This document shows, one piece after another, positions 17,804 through 27,134 of a stretch of DNA of 60,859 nt (positions are counted from its first letter, which is position 1; every line of letters starts with the position of its first letter). A model generated the notes under the pieces. The model saw only the letters and a program-made list of their open reading frames with translations, searched no databases and was not told the origin of the DNA. The position numbers were made by a program, and so were the translations under genes. This DNA comes from an uncultured Calditrichaceae bacterium (GTDB taxonomy: Bacteria > Calditrichota > Calditrichia > RBG-13-44-9 > J075): positions 1 to 60,859 of the forward strand of contig CAYYGL010000003.1 in NCBI GenBank assembly GCA_964471235.1, given 5' to 3'.

Positions 17804-20800
17804 CTATTGATAATCATTCCAGCTTTTAATATGCAAATCTTTCAGGGATTTGTCTGTGACGGCTTCCACAAACCGTTGGGCAAGTTGAACCTCTGTGATG
17901 AGCGGAATTGCCATATCCACCGCTTTGCGGCGAATGATATAGTCATTGGTTAATTCTTCTTCCTGGTAATTTTTGGGAATATTGATCACCAGATCAATTT
18001 TGCGTTCGCTGAGGTATTCCAGCACATTGGGACTACCTTTTTCCAGCGGCCAGTGTAGTACCCGGGTATCAATCCCATATTGTTTCATGAATTCGGCGGT
18101 CCCTTTGGTGGCAAATAATTTTACCCCTCGTTCCTGTAACAGACGGGCGCCGGATACAAATTTCGCTTTGTCTTCCAGGGGACCGGTAGAGAGTAGCACA
18201 CTGGAAATTTGGGTGGACATACCCACGGAGAGCATGGCTTTCAGAAATGCCTCTTCAAAATCATCTCCCAGGCAGGCAACCTCCCCGGTGGAACTCATCT
18301 CCACCCCCAGGGTCGGGTCGGCTCCTTCCAGCCGGGTAAAAGAAAATTGGGGAGCTTTAACGCCCACATATTCCAGGTCCAGGAATGATTTTTTCAGCGG
18401 TTCTACCGGTTCCTGCATAATCGCACGGGTGGCATGGCGGATAAAATTTTCTTTATAGACTTTGGAAACAAACGGAAAGCTGCGGGATGCCCGTAGATTG
18501 CATTCAATCACCTTCACCGAGTTATTTTTGGCGATAAACTGAATATTAAACGGACCGGTTACCGAAAGTGCCCGGGCAATTTTGCGGGCGATATTCCGCA
18601 CCTGCCGGATCGTTTCGATATAGGTTCGCTGAGGCGGCAAGACCAGGGTAGCGTCGCCGGAATGCACCCCGGCATTCTCCACATGTTCCGAAATCGCATA
18701 CCGAACCAACTTGCCATCCTGCGCCACACCGTCAAATTCAATCTCTTTGGCGTTTTCAATATATTTACTGATCACCACCGGGTATTCCGGAGAAACCTCG
18801 GCGGCTTTCTCTAAAAATTTCTCCAGGGCAGTATCATTGGGCGCCACTGCCATTGCCGAACCGCTTAACACGTACGATGGCCGGATCAAGACCGGGTAGT
18901 GATGTTCCCGGGCAAATGCTTTTGCTTCCTCAACCGAGGTCAACTCTTTCCAGAGGGGTTGATCGATGCCCAGTGCATCCAATAAACTGGAAAATTTGTG
19001 CCGGTCTTCTGCCTGATCAATTTTTTCCGGCGGCGTGCCCAATACCCGAAGACCCGCCTGATGGAGCCGCAATGCCAGGTTGTTGGGCACCTGCCCGCCC
19101 ATGGAAATAATAATCCCCACCGGCGATTCTTTTTTGTAAATATCAAAGATGGTTTCAAAGGTTAGTTCTTCAAAATAGAGGCGATCACATTCATCAAAAT
19201 CGGTGCTGACCGTCTCCGGGTTGTAATTGATCAGAATCGTGTCATACCCCAGTTCTTTCAGGGTCATCACGGCATTGACACAGCACCAGTCAAATTCTAC
19301 CGAACTGCCGATACGATACACCCCGGACCCCAGCACCATCACCGATTGATTTTTCCGGGGCGAGATGTCGTTACTCTCCCCGTTGTAGGTCAAATATAAA
19401 AAATTCGAGCGCGCCGGGTATTCCGCCGCCAGGGTGTCTATTTGTTTCACACAGGGAAAAATGCCATAATTTTTCCGCAGGGTGCTGACCTTCATTTCAT
19501 CAATTTCCAGAAAGCGGGCAATCTGAGAATCGGAAAACCCCAGTTGCTTTGCCTCTCGGAGGATGTTGCGAGGACACACGCCCCCGGCATACATCTTTAA
19601 TTGTTCACCGGTTTTTACGATATTTTTAATTTTATGTAAAAACCAGCTATCAATATGACTCAACTTATGGATTTTTTCAATTGTATAGGATTGCTGCAAC
19701 GCCTCGGCGATGGCAAACACCCGCTCATCCGTGGGGTGTTTCAGTTCATCTTCCAGATTGTCAAACTTAATCTGCTCATTGCCAACCAGCCCGTCCACCC
19801 CGATTTCCAACATCCGCAGCGCTTTTTGCAGGGCTTCTTCGAACTTCCTCCCGATGCCCATCACTTCCCCAACCGACTTCATCCCGGACCCCAGCTTCTT
19901 GGAGACCTTGTGAAATTTCTTCAAATCCCAGCGGGGAATTTTCACCACCACATAATCCAGCGCCGGCTCAAAACATGCCATGGTGGTATGGGTGATTTTA
20001 TTTTTTAAATCCACCAGGCTGTAGCCCAGTGCCAATTTTGCGGCGATAAACGCCAGCGGGTAGCCGGTTGCTTTGGACGCCAGCGCCGAGCTGCGGGAGA
20101 GCCGGGCATTCACCTCGATTACCCGGAATTCATCGGAGTGAGGGTCGAGGGCATATTGAATATTGCATTCTCCCACCACCCCCAGGTGGCGAATTACATT
20201 AATGGCACATTCCCGCAGTTTATGGTATTCACGATTGGTCAAAGTCTGGCTGGGCGCCACGACAATGCTTTCCCCGGTATGGATGCCCATCGGGTCAAAA
20301 TTTTCCATGTTACATACGGTAATACAGTTGTCATATTTATCCCGTACCACCTCGTATTCGATTTCTTTCCATCCCTCCAGGTACTCTTCCACCAGAATTT
20401 GAGAGGTGTAGGCAAAGGCTTTTTCTGCCAGCGTGCGGAGTTCCGTTTCATCGCTGCAGATTCCGGAGCCCAGACCGCCCAGGGCGTAAGCAATCCGCAC
20501 CATTACCGGAAACCCGATCTGATGGGCAACGTTCACCGCCTCTTCCAGGGAATGCACCGCTTCGCTGCGAGGCACGGCAACGTCAATTTCCTCCAGGCGG
20601 GCGGCAAATGTCTCCCGGTTTTCGGTCTCTTCAATCACGGAAACCGGGGTGCCCAACACCTCCACCCGGTATTTATCCAGAACCCCGTCCCGCCAGAGTT
20701 GCAAGCCGCAGTTTAAAGCGGTTTGCCCGCCAAATCCCAGCATTATCCCCGTGGGACGTTCCTTCTCGATGACTTTTTCCACAAAATAGGGATTCACCGG

Positions 20801-20992
20801 CAGGAAGTAAACGTTATCCGCCAGGTGCTCGGATGTCTGGATGGTGGCAATGTTGGGATTGATCAAAATGGTGGTGATGTTTTCTTCTTTCAGGGCTTTA
20901 ATTGCCTGACTGCCGCTGTAATCAAACTCCCCGGCTTCCCCAATTTTGAGCGCCGAACTGCCTAAAATGACTACTTTTTGTTGACCGACCAT
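17804..20992 (-). CDS. carB: Carbamoyl-phosphate synthase large subunit.
   Basis: 1062 aa. VVILGSSALKIGEAGEFDYSGSQA at the N-terminus, duplicated ATP-grasp halves (second half VMVLGSGVYRIGSSVEFDWCCV) and a C-terminal MGS-like domain. Confidence 0.95.
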   Translation of the reverse strand: MVGQQKVVILGSSALKIGEAGEFDYSGSQAIKALKEENITTILINPNIATIQTSEHLADNVYFLPVNPYFVEKVIEKERPTGIMLGFGGQTALNCGLQLWRDGVLDKYRVEVLGTPVSVIEETENRETFAARLEEIDVAVPRSEAVHSLEEAVNVAHQIGFPVMVRIAYALGGLGSGICSDETELRTLAEKAFAYTSQILVEEYLEGWKEIEYEVVRDKYDNCITVCNMENFDPMGIHTGESIVVAPSQTLTNREYHKLRECAINVIRHLGVVGECNIQYALDPHSDEFRVIEVNARLSRSSALASKATGYPLAFIAAKLALGYSLVDLKNKITHTTMACFEPALDYVVVKIPRWDLKKFHKVSKKLGSGMKSVGEVMGIGRKFEEALQKALRMLEIGVDGLVGNEQIKFDNLEDELKHPTDERVFAIAEALQQSYTIEKIHKLSHIDSWFLHKIKNIVKTGEQLKMYAGGVCPRNILREAKQLGFSDSQIARFLEIDEMKVSTLRKNYGIFPCVKQIDTLAAEYPARSNFLYLTYNGESNDISPRKNQSVMVLGSGVYRIGSSVEFDWCCVNAVMTLKELGYDTILINYNPETVSTDFDECDRLYFEELTFETIFDIYKKESPVGIIISMGGQVPNNLALRLHQAGLRVLGTPPEKIDQAEDRHKFSSLLDALGIDQPLWKELTSVEEAKAFAREHHYPVLIRPSYVLSGSAMAVAPNDTALEKFLEKAAEVSPEYPVVISKYIENAKEIEFDGVAQDGKLVRYAISEHVENAGVHSGDATLVLPPQRTYIETIRQVRNIARKIARALSVTGPFNIQFIAKNNSVKVIECNLRASRSFPFVSKVYKENFIRHATRAIMQEPVEPLKKSFLDLEYVGVKAPQFSFTRLEGADPTLGVEMSSTGEVACLGDDFEEAFLKAMLSVGMSTQISSVLLSTGPLEDKAKFVSGARLLQERGVKLFATKGTAEFMKQYGIDTRVLHWPLEKGSPNVLEYLSERKIDLVINIPKNYQEEELTNDYIIRRKAVDMAIPLITEVQLAQRFVEAVTDKSLKDLHIKSWNDYQ

Positions 20993-21009
20993 GTAATTGA
21001 TTACCTCTA

Positions 21010-22065
21010 CTACAACAGTTGGATAAATTCATCAAATAAAAATTGGGTATCGACCGGACCGGGATGGGCTTCCGGATGGAACTGCACCGCAAAGAAGGGT
21101 TTATTCCGGTGGCGAATGCCCTCATTGGTTCCGTCGTTGGCATTGAAGAACCACGGTTCCCACTCTGCCGGCAGGGTGTTTTCATCCACTGCATAGCCAT
21201 GGTTTTGAGAGGTGATAAAACAGCGGTTGCTTTTGACCCGGATGCAGGGCTGGTTCTGGCTGCGATGACCGTATTTGAGTTTGTAGGTCTGCGCCCCGGC
21301 AGCTAATGCCAGCAGTTGACTGCCCAGGCAAATACCAAAAATGGGGACATCATTGGCAATCAGTTGGCGAATGGTATCGGTCGTCTGAACACATTGGCGG
21401 GGATCGCCGGGACCGTTGGAGATCACCACCCCGTCAAATTTTTCCTTGCCGGGAGACCAATTCCACGGCACCCGCCGCACCCTCACCCCCCGCTTGACCA
21501 GCGAGCGAATGATATTGTTTTTGCAGCCGCAATCTATCAGCACCACAGTTTTATCGCCGCTGCCATAACTAAGCGGCTTCCGGCAGCTCACCCCGGCTAC
21601 TAAATTTTCCTTGTTGGGATCATAAAATTCGATATGCTCTTCTTCAAAAATTAACTTGCCCAGCATGGCGCCTTTGGTGCGCAACAATTGGGTTAGCTTG
21701 CGGGTATCGATGCCGGAAATTGCCGGTATGTTATGGGCTTTCAGCCAGGCATCCAATGATTGCCGGGCAGACCAGTGGCTGAAATGATGGGATACCTCGG
21801 ATACCACCAGCCCGGAAATTTGAATTTTGTCAGACTCGAACACCCGGGAAATCCCATTTTCCATTTCATCTGCCGGAATACCGTAATTCCCAATTAACGG
21901 ATAGGTTAATACCAGGATTTGCCCGGCGTAGGATGGATCGGTCAATGTTTCCGGATAGCCGACCATGCCGGTATTAAAAACCACTTCCCCGGCAACCGAA
22001 CGTTCCTTGCCGAAAGCTTTCCCATGAAAGACCGAACCATCTTCTAAAAATAAACGAGCATTCAT
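21010..22065 (-). CDS. carA: Carbamoyl-phosphate synthase small (glutamine amidotransferase) subunit.
   Basis: MNARLFLEDGSVFHGKAFG, GICLGSQLLA (nucleophilic Cys) and FHPE. The track start at 22071 is a TTG; the ATG at 22063-22065 is more likely. Confidence 0.93.
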   Translation of the reverse strand: MNARLFLEDGSVFHGKAFGKERSVAGEVVFNTGMVGYPETLTDPSYAGQILVLTYPLIGNYGIPADEMENGISRVFESDKIQISGLVVSEVSHHFSHWSARQSLDAWLKAHNIPAISGIDTRKLTQLLRTKGAMLGKLIFEEEHIEFYDPNKENLVAGVSCRKPLSYGSGDKTVVLIDCGCKNNIIRSLVKRGVRVRRVPWNWSPGKEKFDGVVISNGPGDPRQCVQTTDTIRQLIANDVPIFGICLGSQLLALAAGAQTYKLKYGHRSQNQPCIRVKSNRCFITSQNHGYAVDENTLPAEWEPWFFNANDGTNEGIRHRNKPFFAVQFHPEAHPGPVDTQFLFDEFIQLL

Positions 22066-22142
22066 TGACAATGGGGGGTAATGTGTGAATATTCATCCCG
22101 TTGGAGCACCGTCATCATTCGGCTCCGTCCGACAACAACATG

Positions 22143-22178
22143 AAAAAGCTCCTCCCTGTTCCGATGAGAGGAGCTTTT
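22143..22178 (-). terminator. Rho-independent terminator (bidirectional form) between the carbamoyltransferase operon and carA.
   Basis: The plus strand reads AAAAAGCTCCTC - 13 nt loop - GAGGAGCTTTT. On the minus strand this gives a stem of about 11 bp followed by TTTTT. It lies about 70 nt downstream of the DUF5989-like stop. Confidence 0.6.
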
Positions 22179-22246
22179 CATAATAGAATCCGTAATGCAT
22201 TCCAAAAACTTTTTCCGACTGAGCCGTAACGGTTTTCCGGGCATTT

Positions 22247-22405
22247 TTAGAACAGGGTATAGATGAACGGTGCCAGGGCACTGCCTTGAGTTAGTACAAT
22301 CAGGGCACCGAGCAAGAACAGTATCAACATAATGGGCAGCAGCCAATACTTTTTCCGATGTTTCAGGAACATCCAGAATTCCCCGATAATTGAAAACTTC
22401 CCCAT
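22247..22405 (-). CDS. Small membrane protein, DUF5989-like, 52 aa. Not in the ORF track.
   Basis: My translation: MGKFSIIGEFWMFLKHRKKYWLLPIMLILFLLGALIVLTQGSALAPFIYTLF, then TAA. GGAG lies 5 nt upstream of the ATG. The basic patch, single TM helix and terminal APFIYTLF match my recollection of the small protein that follows SxtJ-like genes next to carbamoyltransferases. Confidence 0.7.
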   Translation of the reverse strand: MGKFSIIGEFWMFLKHRKKYWLLPIMLILFLLGALIVLTQGSALAPFIYTLF

Positions 22406-22489
22406 GGTATCTCCTGTTTTTTAAGAAGGTTTCCGAAATGGAATATTTTATAAAAGTTCACATCCGTTAAAAATTTGAACGTCAGTTTT

Positions 22490-22912
22490 TTAATACTGGC
22501 GTTCCAGGGATTTGGGATCAAACGGTTTCCTCTCCCTTGGAATCCAGTAACTCTTTGCATTCGGGTCAATTTTTTCTTTTAGCGGGTCTTTGCCCAACAA
22601 TCGCATCACCAATCCTGCCGGGGTAAACACCAGTCCGAAGACAATCCCCAGGATGACATGAGACATGATGAAGCCCATCACCACCGCAGAACTCATCCAG
22701 ATAATATAAATCGGCTTGAGGACAATTGGCACTGCCAGACCCAGCAGCAAAAACGCCCCGGCAATGTATGCCACATATCGGGCACTTTCCAGTTGTTTCC
22801 AGAAAAGAACCCCGGCAACGATGAACAAAAACACCCCGATGGTAATGCCGAACTTTCGTAATTCTTTCCCGCTCGCCTTCCGGATAACCCGAATGATTTC
22901 TTCACGTATCAT
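22490..22912 (-). CDS. SxtJ-like small membrane protein.
   Basis: 140 aa. KELRKFGITIGVFLFIVAGVLFW is followed by 2-3 further TM helices. The start lies 10 nt after the carbamoyltransferase stop. Confidence 0.6.
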   Translation of the reverse strand: MIREEIIRVIRKASGKELRKFGITIGVFLFIVAGVLFWKQLESARYVAYIAGAFLLLGLAVPIVLKPIYIIWMSSAVVMGFIMSHVILGIVFGLVFTPAGLVMRLLGKDPLKEKIDPNAKSYWIPRERKPFDPKSLERQY

Positions 22913-22921
22913 TTTTTACCC

Positions 22922-24733
22922 TTAGTCTAATTCGAATTCCTGTTGCCAGTCAATATCGTGCACCAGCTCTTTTTGTTCTTTTTTGTTCAGTAAATAATTT
23001 CCCATAATCAGGTAATCCATGTTGGTGCGCATAAAACAAAGGTAGGCATGTTCCGGTGTGCAGACGATTGGTTCCCCGCGCACATTAAAAGAGGTGTTGA
23101 TGATGACCGGGCAGCCGGTTTTCTCGTAAAATGCTTTGATCATGGCATGGTAGCGGGGATTGTCGTTGGCATCCACGGTCTGGATGCGTGCCGAATAATC
23201 CACATGGGTTACTGCCGGTATTGAGGAGCGAATAATTTTCAACTTATCCAGCCCTATCTTCCCGTCTTCGGAAACCGGATTCCACAATTCTCTTTTTACC
23301 GGGGCAACCAGCAACATATACGGGCTGGGACGGTCAATTTCAAAGTAATCGGAGACATGCTCCACCAGCACCGAGGGAGCAAAGGGGCGGAAGCTCTCCC
23401 GGAATTTAATTTTCAGATTCATCACCGACTGCATTTCCGGGGAACGGGCATCGCCGATAATACTGCGGCTGCCCAGGGCACGCGGCCCGAACTCCATGCG
23501 TCCCTGGAACCAACCGACCACCTTTTCGGAAGCGATAAGATCCGCCACAACTTCCGGCACATCTTCCTCCGGTAATTTCTGAAAAGGCACATTCTGCTCC
23601 CTTAGAAAGGCTTCAATTTCCTCATTGGAAAATTCAGGACCTAAATAGGAGGCGTTTTGAATTTTGCTGGCGGTTTCCACTTCCCGGGGATGGTCTAAAT
23701 ATTGAAACCAGGTTAGAAGCGCCGCACCCAGTGCCCCACCGGCATCCCCGGCTGCCGGTTGAATCCAGATGTCATCAAAAGGACCATCGCGCAGAATCCG
23801 GCCATTGCCCACACAATTCAGGGCAACCCCGCCGGCTAACACCAGGTATTTCATCCCGGTCTCTTGATGCACATGCCGCGCCATTCGCAGCATAATCTCC
23901 TCGGTCACTTCCTGAACCGAACGGGCTAAATCCATTTCCCGTTGAGTAATTCTGGTTTCCGGTCGACGGGCCGGGCCTCCAAAGAGACTGGCAAATTTAT
24001 CATTGGTCATGGTCAGACCGGCGCAATAGTTGAAATATTTCATGTTCATCTTAAAGGAACCGTCTTCCTTCAAATCAATCAGTTCCTTTAAAATGATATC
24101 CACATAGCGCGGCTCCCCGTAGGGCGCCAGCCCCATCAGTTTGTATTCGCCGGAATTCACTTTGAAGCCGGTAAAATACGTAAAGGCGGAATACAATAAC
24201 CCCAGGGAATGGGGAAAGTGAAGTTCCGCCCACAATTCAATCTGGTTACCTTTCCCGATGCCATAGCTGGAAGTGGTCCACTCCCCCACCCCGTCGATGG
24301 TTAAAATGGCGGCTTCCGGAAACGGCGACGGGAAAAAAGCCGAGGCTGCATGGGATTCGTGATGTTCCGGAAACAAAATGGCAGCATCGCTGGATAACTC
24401 TTTGGCGATATACTCTTTCATCCACAATTTTTGCTTCAGCCAGAGCGGCATCGCCTTGAGAAATGATGTAAACCCCCGGGGCGCATAGGCTAAATAAGTT
24501 TGCAACAGCCGCTCAAATTTGATGAAGGGTTTATCATAAAATGCAATATAATCCAAATCTGCCGCCGTAATGCCCCCTTCCTTCAGGCAATACTCGATGG
24601 CGTGAGTGGGAAAGCGGAAATCGTGTTTTTTCCGGGTAAAGCGCTCTTCCTGCGCCGCAGCAGTAATAGCGCCGTCCTGCACCAGGCAGGCAGCACTATC
24701 GTGATAAAATGCAGATATTCCAAGGATATTCAT
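22922..24733 (-). CDS. Carbamoyltransferase (NodU/CmcH/SxtI family).
   Basis: 603 aa. MNILGISAFYHDSAACLV, an ASKHA-like N-terminal half and a C-terminal carbamoyl-phosphate domain (VNTSFNVRGEPIVCTP). Confidence 0.9.
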   Translation of the reverse strand: MNILGISAFYHDSAACLVQDGAITAAAQEERFTRKKHDFRFPTHAIEYCLKEGGITAADLDYIAFYDKPFIKFERLLQTYLAYAPRGFTSFLKAMPLWLKQKLWMKEYIAKELSSDAAILFPEHHESHAASAFFPSPFPEAAILTIDGVGEWTTSSYGIGKGNQIELWAELHFPHSLGLLYSAFTYFTGFKVNSGEYKLMGLAPYGEPRYVDIILKELIDLKEDGSFKMNMKYFNYCAGLTMTNDKFASLFGGPARRPETRITQREMDLARSVQEVTEEIMLRMARHVHQETGMKYLVLAGGVALNCVGNGRILRDGPFDDIWIQPAAGDAGGALGAALLTWFQYLDHPREVETASKIQNASYLGPEFSNEEIEAFLREQNVPFQKLPEEDVPEVVADLIASEKVVGWFQGRMEFGPRALGSRSIIGDARSPEMQSVMNLKIKFRESFRPFAPSVLVEHVSDYFEIDRPSPYMLLVAPVKRELWNPVSEDGKIGLDKLKIIRSSIPAVTHVDYSARIQTVDANDNPRYHAMIKAFYEKTGCPVIINTSFNVRGEPIVCTPEHAYLCFMRTNMDYLIMGNYLLNKKEQKELVHDIDWQQEFELD

Positions 24734-24853
24734 CGTTACTCTTCAGTAATAGTTAGCGTCTGGTAAAATTGGGGTTAGAGAATCTCACTAAAGACGTCAT
24801 TAAATGTGTTGCTTCGGACGGTTAATCCTACTCAAAATCTATCCTCGATGCAA

Positions 24854-24875
24854 GAAAAAAAGTGCGTTTCCGCAC
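24854..24875 (-). terminator. Possible weak Rho-independent terminator downstream of the YdjC-like gene.
   Basis: The minus strand reads GTGCG-GAAA-CGCAC followed by eight T. The stem is short (5 bp), hence the low confidence. Confidence 0.4.
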
Positions 24876-24928
24876 CGCTTGGTTACTACATAACTTGTCA
24901 GCTGGATAACGTGAGTAGCCACATGTTT

Positions 24929-25774
24929 TTACACCACTTCCCGTTCTTCACTAAGCTTTCGAGCATTCGTTAGCACAATATCGGCTTCTTGTAATGCAGC
25001 CTTAACCCGGGAGGACAGTAATGCTTCCAGTTCTCCAGGGCGATCAATTCTTCGGTCGGGATTGGTGTCCTCGCCTTCCACAACCCCTCCCCCGGGGTGG
25101 CACATAAGTTCCGTCACGCCCGGTGGAATTCGTTTTATCATCTTTAACAAAGCTGACTCTGTCAAGATACCGCTGTAAGCGGTACCAAAAAAATTGTCAT
25201 TGGTAAAAAGGTTGTTTGCCAGAATTTTTCGTTTTGCCCGATTGGCAAAAATGCGTAGTCCCAGGTTTCCGGGAGTGAGTGCCTTGTTGAGTTTGTCGTA
25301 AGGACTCCGAATCCACTGAATTTTGTATTCTTTTGCCAGGGAGATCACCCGGTCGATTATTCCGGGTAAAATGTGAAGGTGCTGATGTCCGTCAAGGTGG
25401 GAAACATCAATTCCCGCGGACAGGATTTTTTCGATCTGCTTCCGAAGCTCAACGGCAACTTCCGAAATCTGTATACCACCTCTCAGAAAAAATTTCACGA
25501 AAGTTTTGTAATCGGAGTTCAATTTCCCGTGCTGATCCACTAACGAAGGCACCATCCGGGGATCACTTACCGGGTCACCGCCCACCAGCACCAGGTGTAC
25601 ACCAATTGCTAATGCCGGATAATGACGACTTAACTCGATCGCTTCTTCAAATGCATTGCCGTTTGCCATTAAGGAGGTAGCGGTCAGAATGCCTTCCCGG
25701 AACGCCCGGATGATTCCGCGATTCACAGAGGCATGCATTCCGAAATCATCAGCATTTACAATGACGTATTTCAA
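24929..25774 (-). CDS. YdjC/ChbG/HpnK-family carbohydrate deacetylase.
   Basis: 281 aa. MKYVIVNADDFGMHASVNRGI at the N-terminus and the HLDGHQHLH metal-site motif. Confidence 0.85.
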   Translation of the reverse strand: MKYVIVNADDFGMHASVNRGIIRAFREGILTATSLMANGNAFEEAIELSRHYPALAIGVHLVLVGGDPVSDPRMVPSLVDQHGKLNSDYKTFVKFFLRGGIQISEVAVELRKQIEKILSAGIDVSHLDGHQHLHILPGIIDRVISLAKEYKIQWIRSPYDKLNKALTPGNLGLRIFANRAKRKILANNLFTNDNFFGTAYSGILTESALLKMIKRIPPGVTELMCHPGGGVVEGEDTNPDRRIDRPGELEALLSSRVKAALQEADIVLTNARKLSEEREVV

Positions 25775-25845
25775 TCTCGGTGTTTTTTTAATAAGTGAGA
25801 AATGAAAGAAACGTTTGGCGAACCGAGCGGGTGAATCTCAAGAAT

Positions 25846-26949
25846 TCACTCGAAGTCGGGCTGGACGTCTATTTTCCCGGGGATTGGTGGCACCACCGGA
25901 AGTTTTTCCTTTTTGATGTTCAGGCTTTTGAGCGACAACCCTTCTTTAAACAACAAGATGATTCCAAACAATGTAATCGGAATGTACTGGGTCAAATTAA
26001 AAATTACCGATCCGTTCAGTATGTATCCTTTGGCAATGCTTGCCACGGTGTCCATGTTGACAAATAATCCAAAAGTGGTAATGAACACAAATTGAGTAAC
26101 CCCAATATATCCCGGGGATGAGGGGATGACAATTGCCAACGCCAGCAGTATCACAGTGGTCATCGAGAACAAACCGATATTCAAGTCTACATACTGATGA
26201 ATGGGAAAGGAATTCAGGATGATAAAAACCGTTGCCCCCATAAAAAGCCAGATAAAAATAGAGAGGAGCAGCACCGGGGTCATCAACGTCCAGTCTTTTA
26301 AAATATCCAGTCCAAAAATAAAGGCTTTCACTCTGGGTTTCACTTTGCCCCGGAGTTTTCCGGGAATTTTTTCCACCAGATTCAGGATAAATTTTCTCAG
26401 TTTGCTTTTTTCCGAGGCAAGGAGTGCCAGAAACACCAAGGCAGAAATGACCACTGCGGTAGCGGTGATGCTGCCGTATTGCAGCCAGGCAGGACCGTCA
26501 ATAAAAAATAAGACCGAAACCAGAAGTATTACCAGGGTGACGCCGTCAAACAACCGTTCGATCAGAATCGTAGAGGTAACGGCAAAAAAGCTGATTTTGC
26601 CTTTTTTACTCAGCAAAAATGCGCGCACCAATTCACCGGCATGTGCGGGCAGCACATTGTTTGCCATAAAGCCAATCATGGTAATATTGAAGAGTTTGCC
26701 AATCGGCAGGGTCGTAATGGGTTTCAGAATATAGGACCATCGCCAGGCACGGAGGGCAATGGCTACCAGTGCCATCACCGAGACAATCACCACCACTCCC
26801 CAATTAATCTCATTGGTGGTTTGCAGGATGTCCTCCATCGATATTTTTTGAAAAGCGAAATAAAGGCAGGCGATGGTCACTGCCAAAGAGAGACCGATAT
26901 GCAGCAAATTCTTAAGTTTATTGGAATTCATTATATATTCCTTCGTCAT
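25846..26949 (-). CDS. UPF0104 (lysyl-PG synthase TM-region-like) flippase-like membrane protein.
   Basis: 367 aa with about 8 TM helices. N-terminal pattern KNLLHIGLSLAVTIACLYFAFQKISMEDI and an RAWRW motif. Confidence 0.65.
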   Translation of the reverse strand: MTKEYIMNSNKLKNLLHIGLSLAVTIACLYFAFQKISMEDILQTTNEINWGVVVIVSVMALVAIALRAWRWSYILKPITTLPIGKLFNITMIGFMANNVLPAHAGELVRAFLLSKKGKISFFAVTSTILIERLFDGVTLVILLVSVLFFIDGPAWLQYGSITATAVVISALVFLALLASEKSKLRKFILNLVEKIPGKLRGKVKPRVKAFIFGLDILKDWTLMTPVLLLSIFIWLFMGATVFIILNSFPIHQYVDLNIGLFSMTTVILLALAIVIPSSPGYIGVTQFVFITTFGLFVNMDTVASIAKGYILNGSVIFNLTQYIPITLFGIILLFKEGLSLKSLNIKKEKLPVVPPIPGKIDVQPDFE

Positions 26950-27134
26950 GCTGAATCAACAGCCGGTAAAGACATAAACGGTTCCTGGTCGGGGAAAGTT
27001 TAGTCATAAAATGGTTCGTTTAAGTTTTTGATTTTCCGTCTACCCGGACCCCACACGCACCACTGGGGTGTTCAATTATCGCCCTCCCTCATAACCAATA
27101 ACATAAGGTTGTATCCCCAAAACCGTAAGGAAGA

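Noticed and set aside
17804-22065. The idea that carAB is a dedicated, cluster-specific second copy.
   Set aside because: Not rejected outright but downgraded. A good terminator lies just upstream of carA and a 191-nt gap follows carB, so the pair may be an independently transcribed housekeeping operon. Deciding this needs the rest of the genome.
22062-22569. Track ORFs 22062..22346 (94 aa), 22093..22281 (62 aa) and 22363..22569 (68 aa).
   Set aside because: They overlap the terminator hairpin, the carA start or the SxtJ-like gene, and they have implausible composition. The region is better explained by the 52-aa DUF5989-like ORF plus a terminator.
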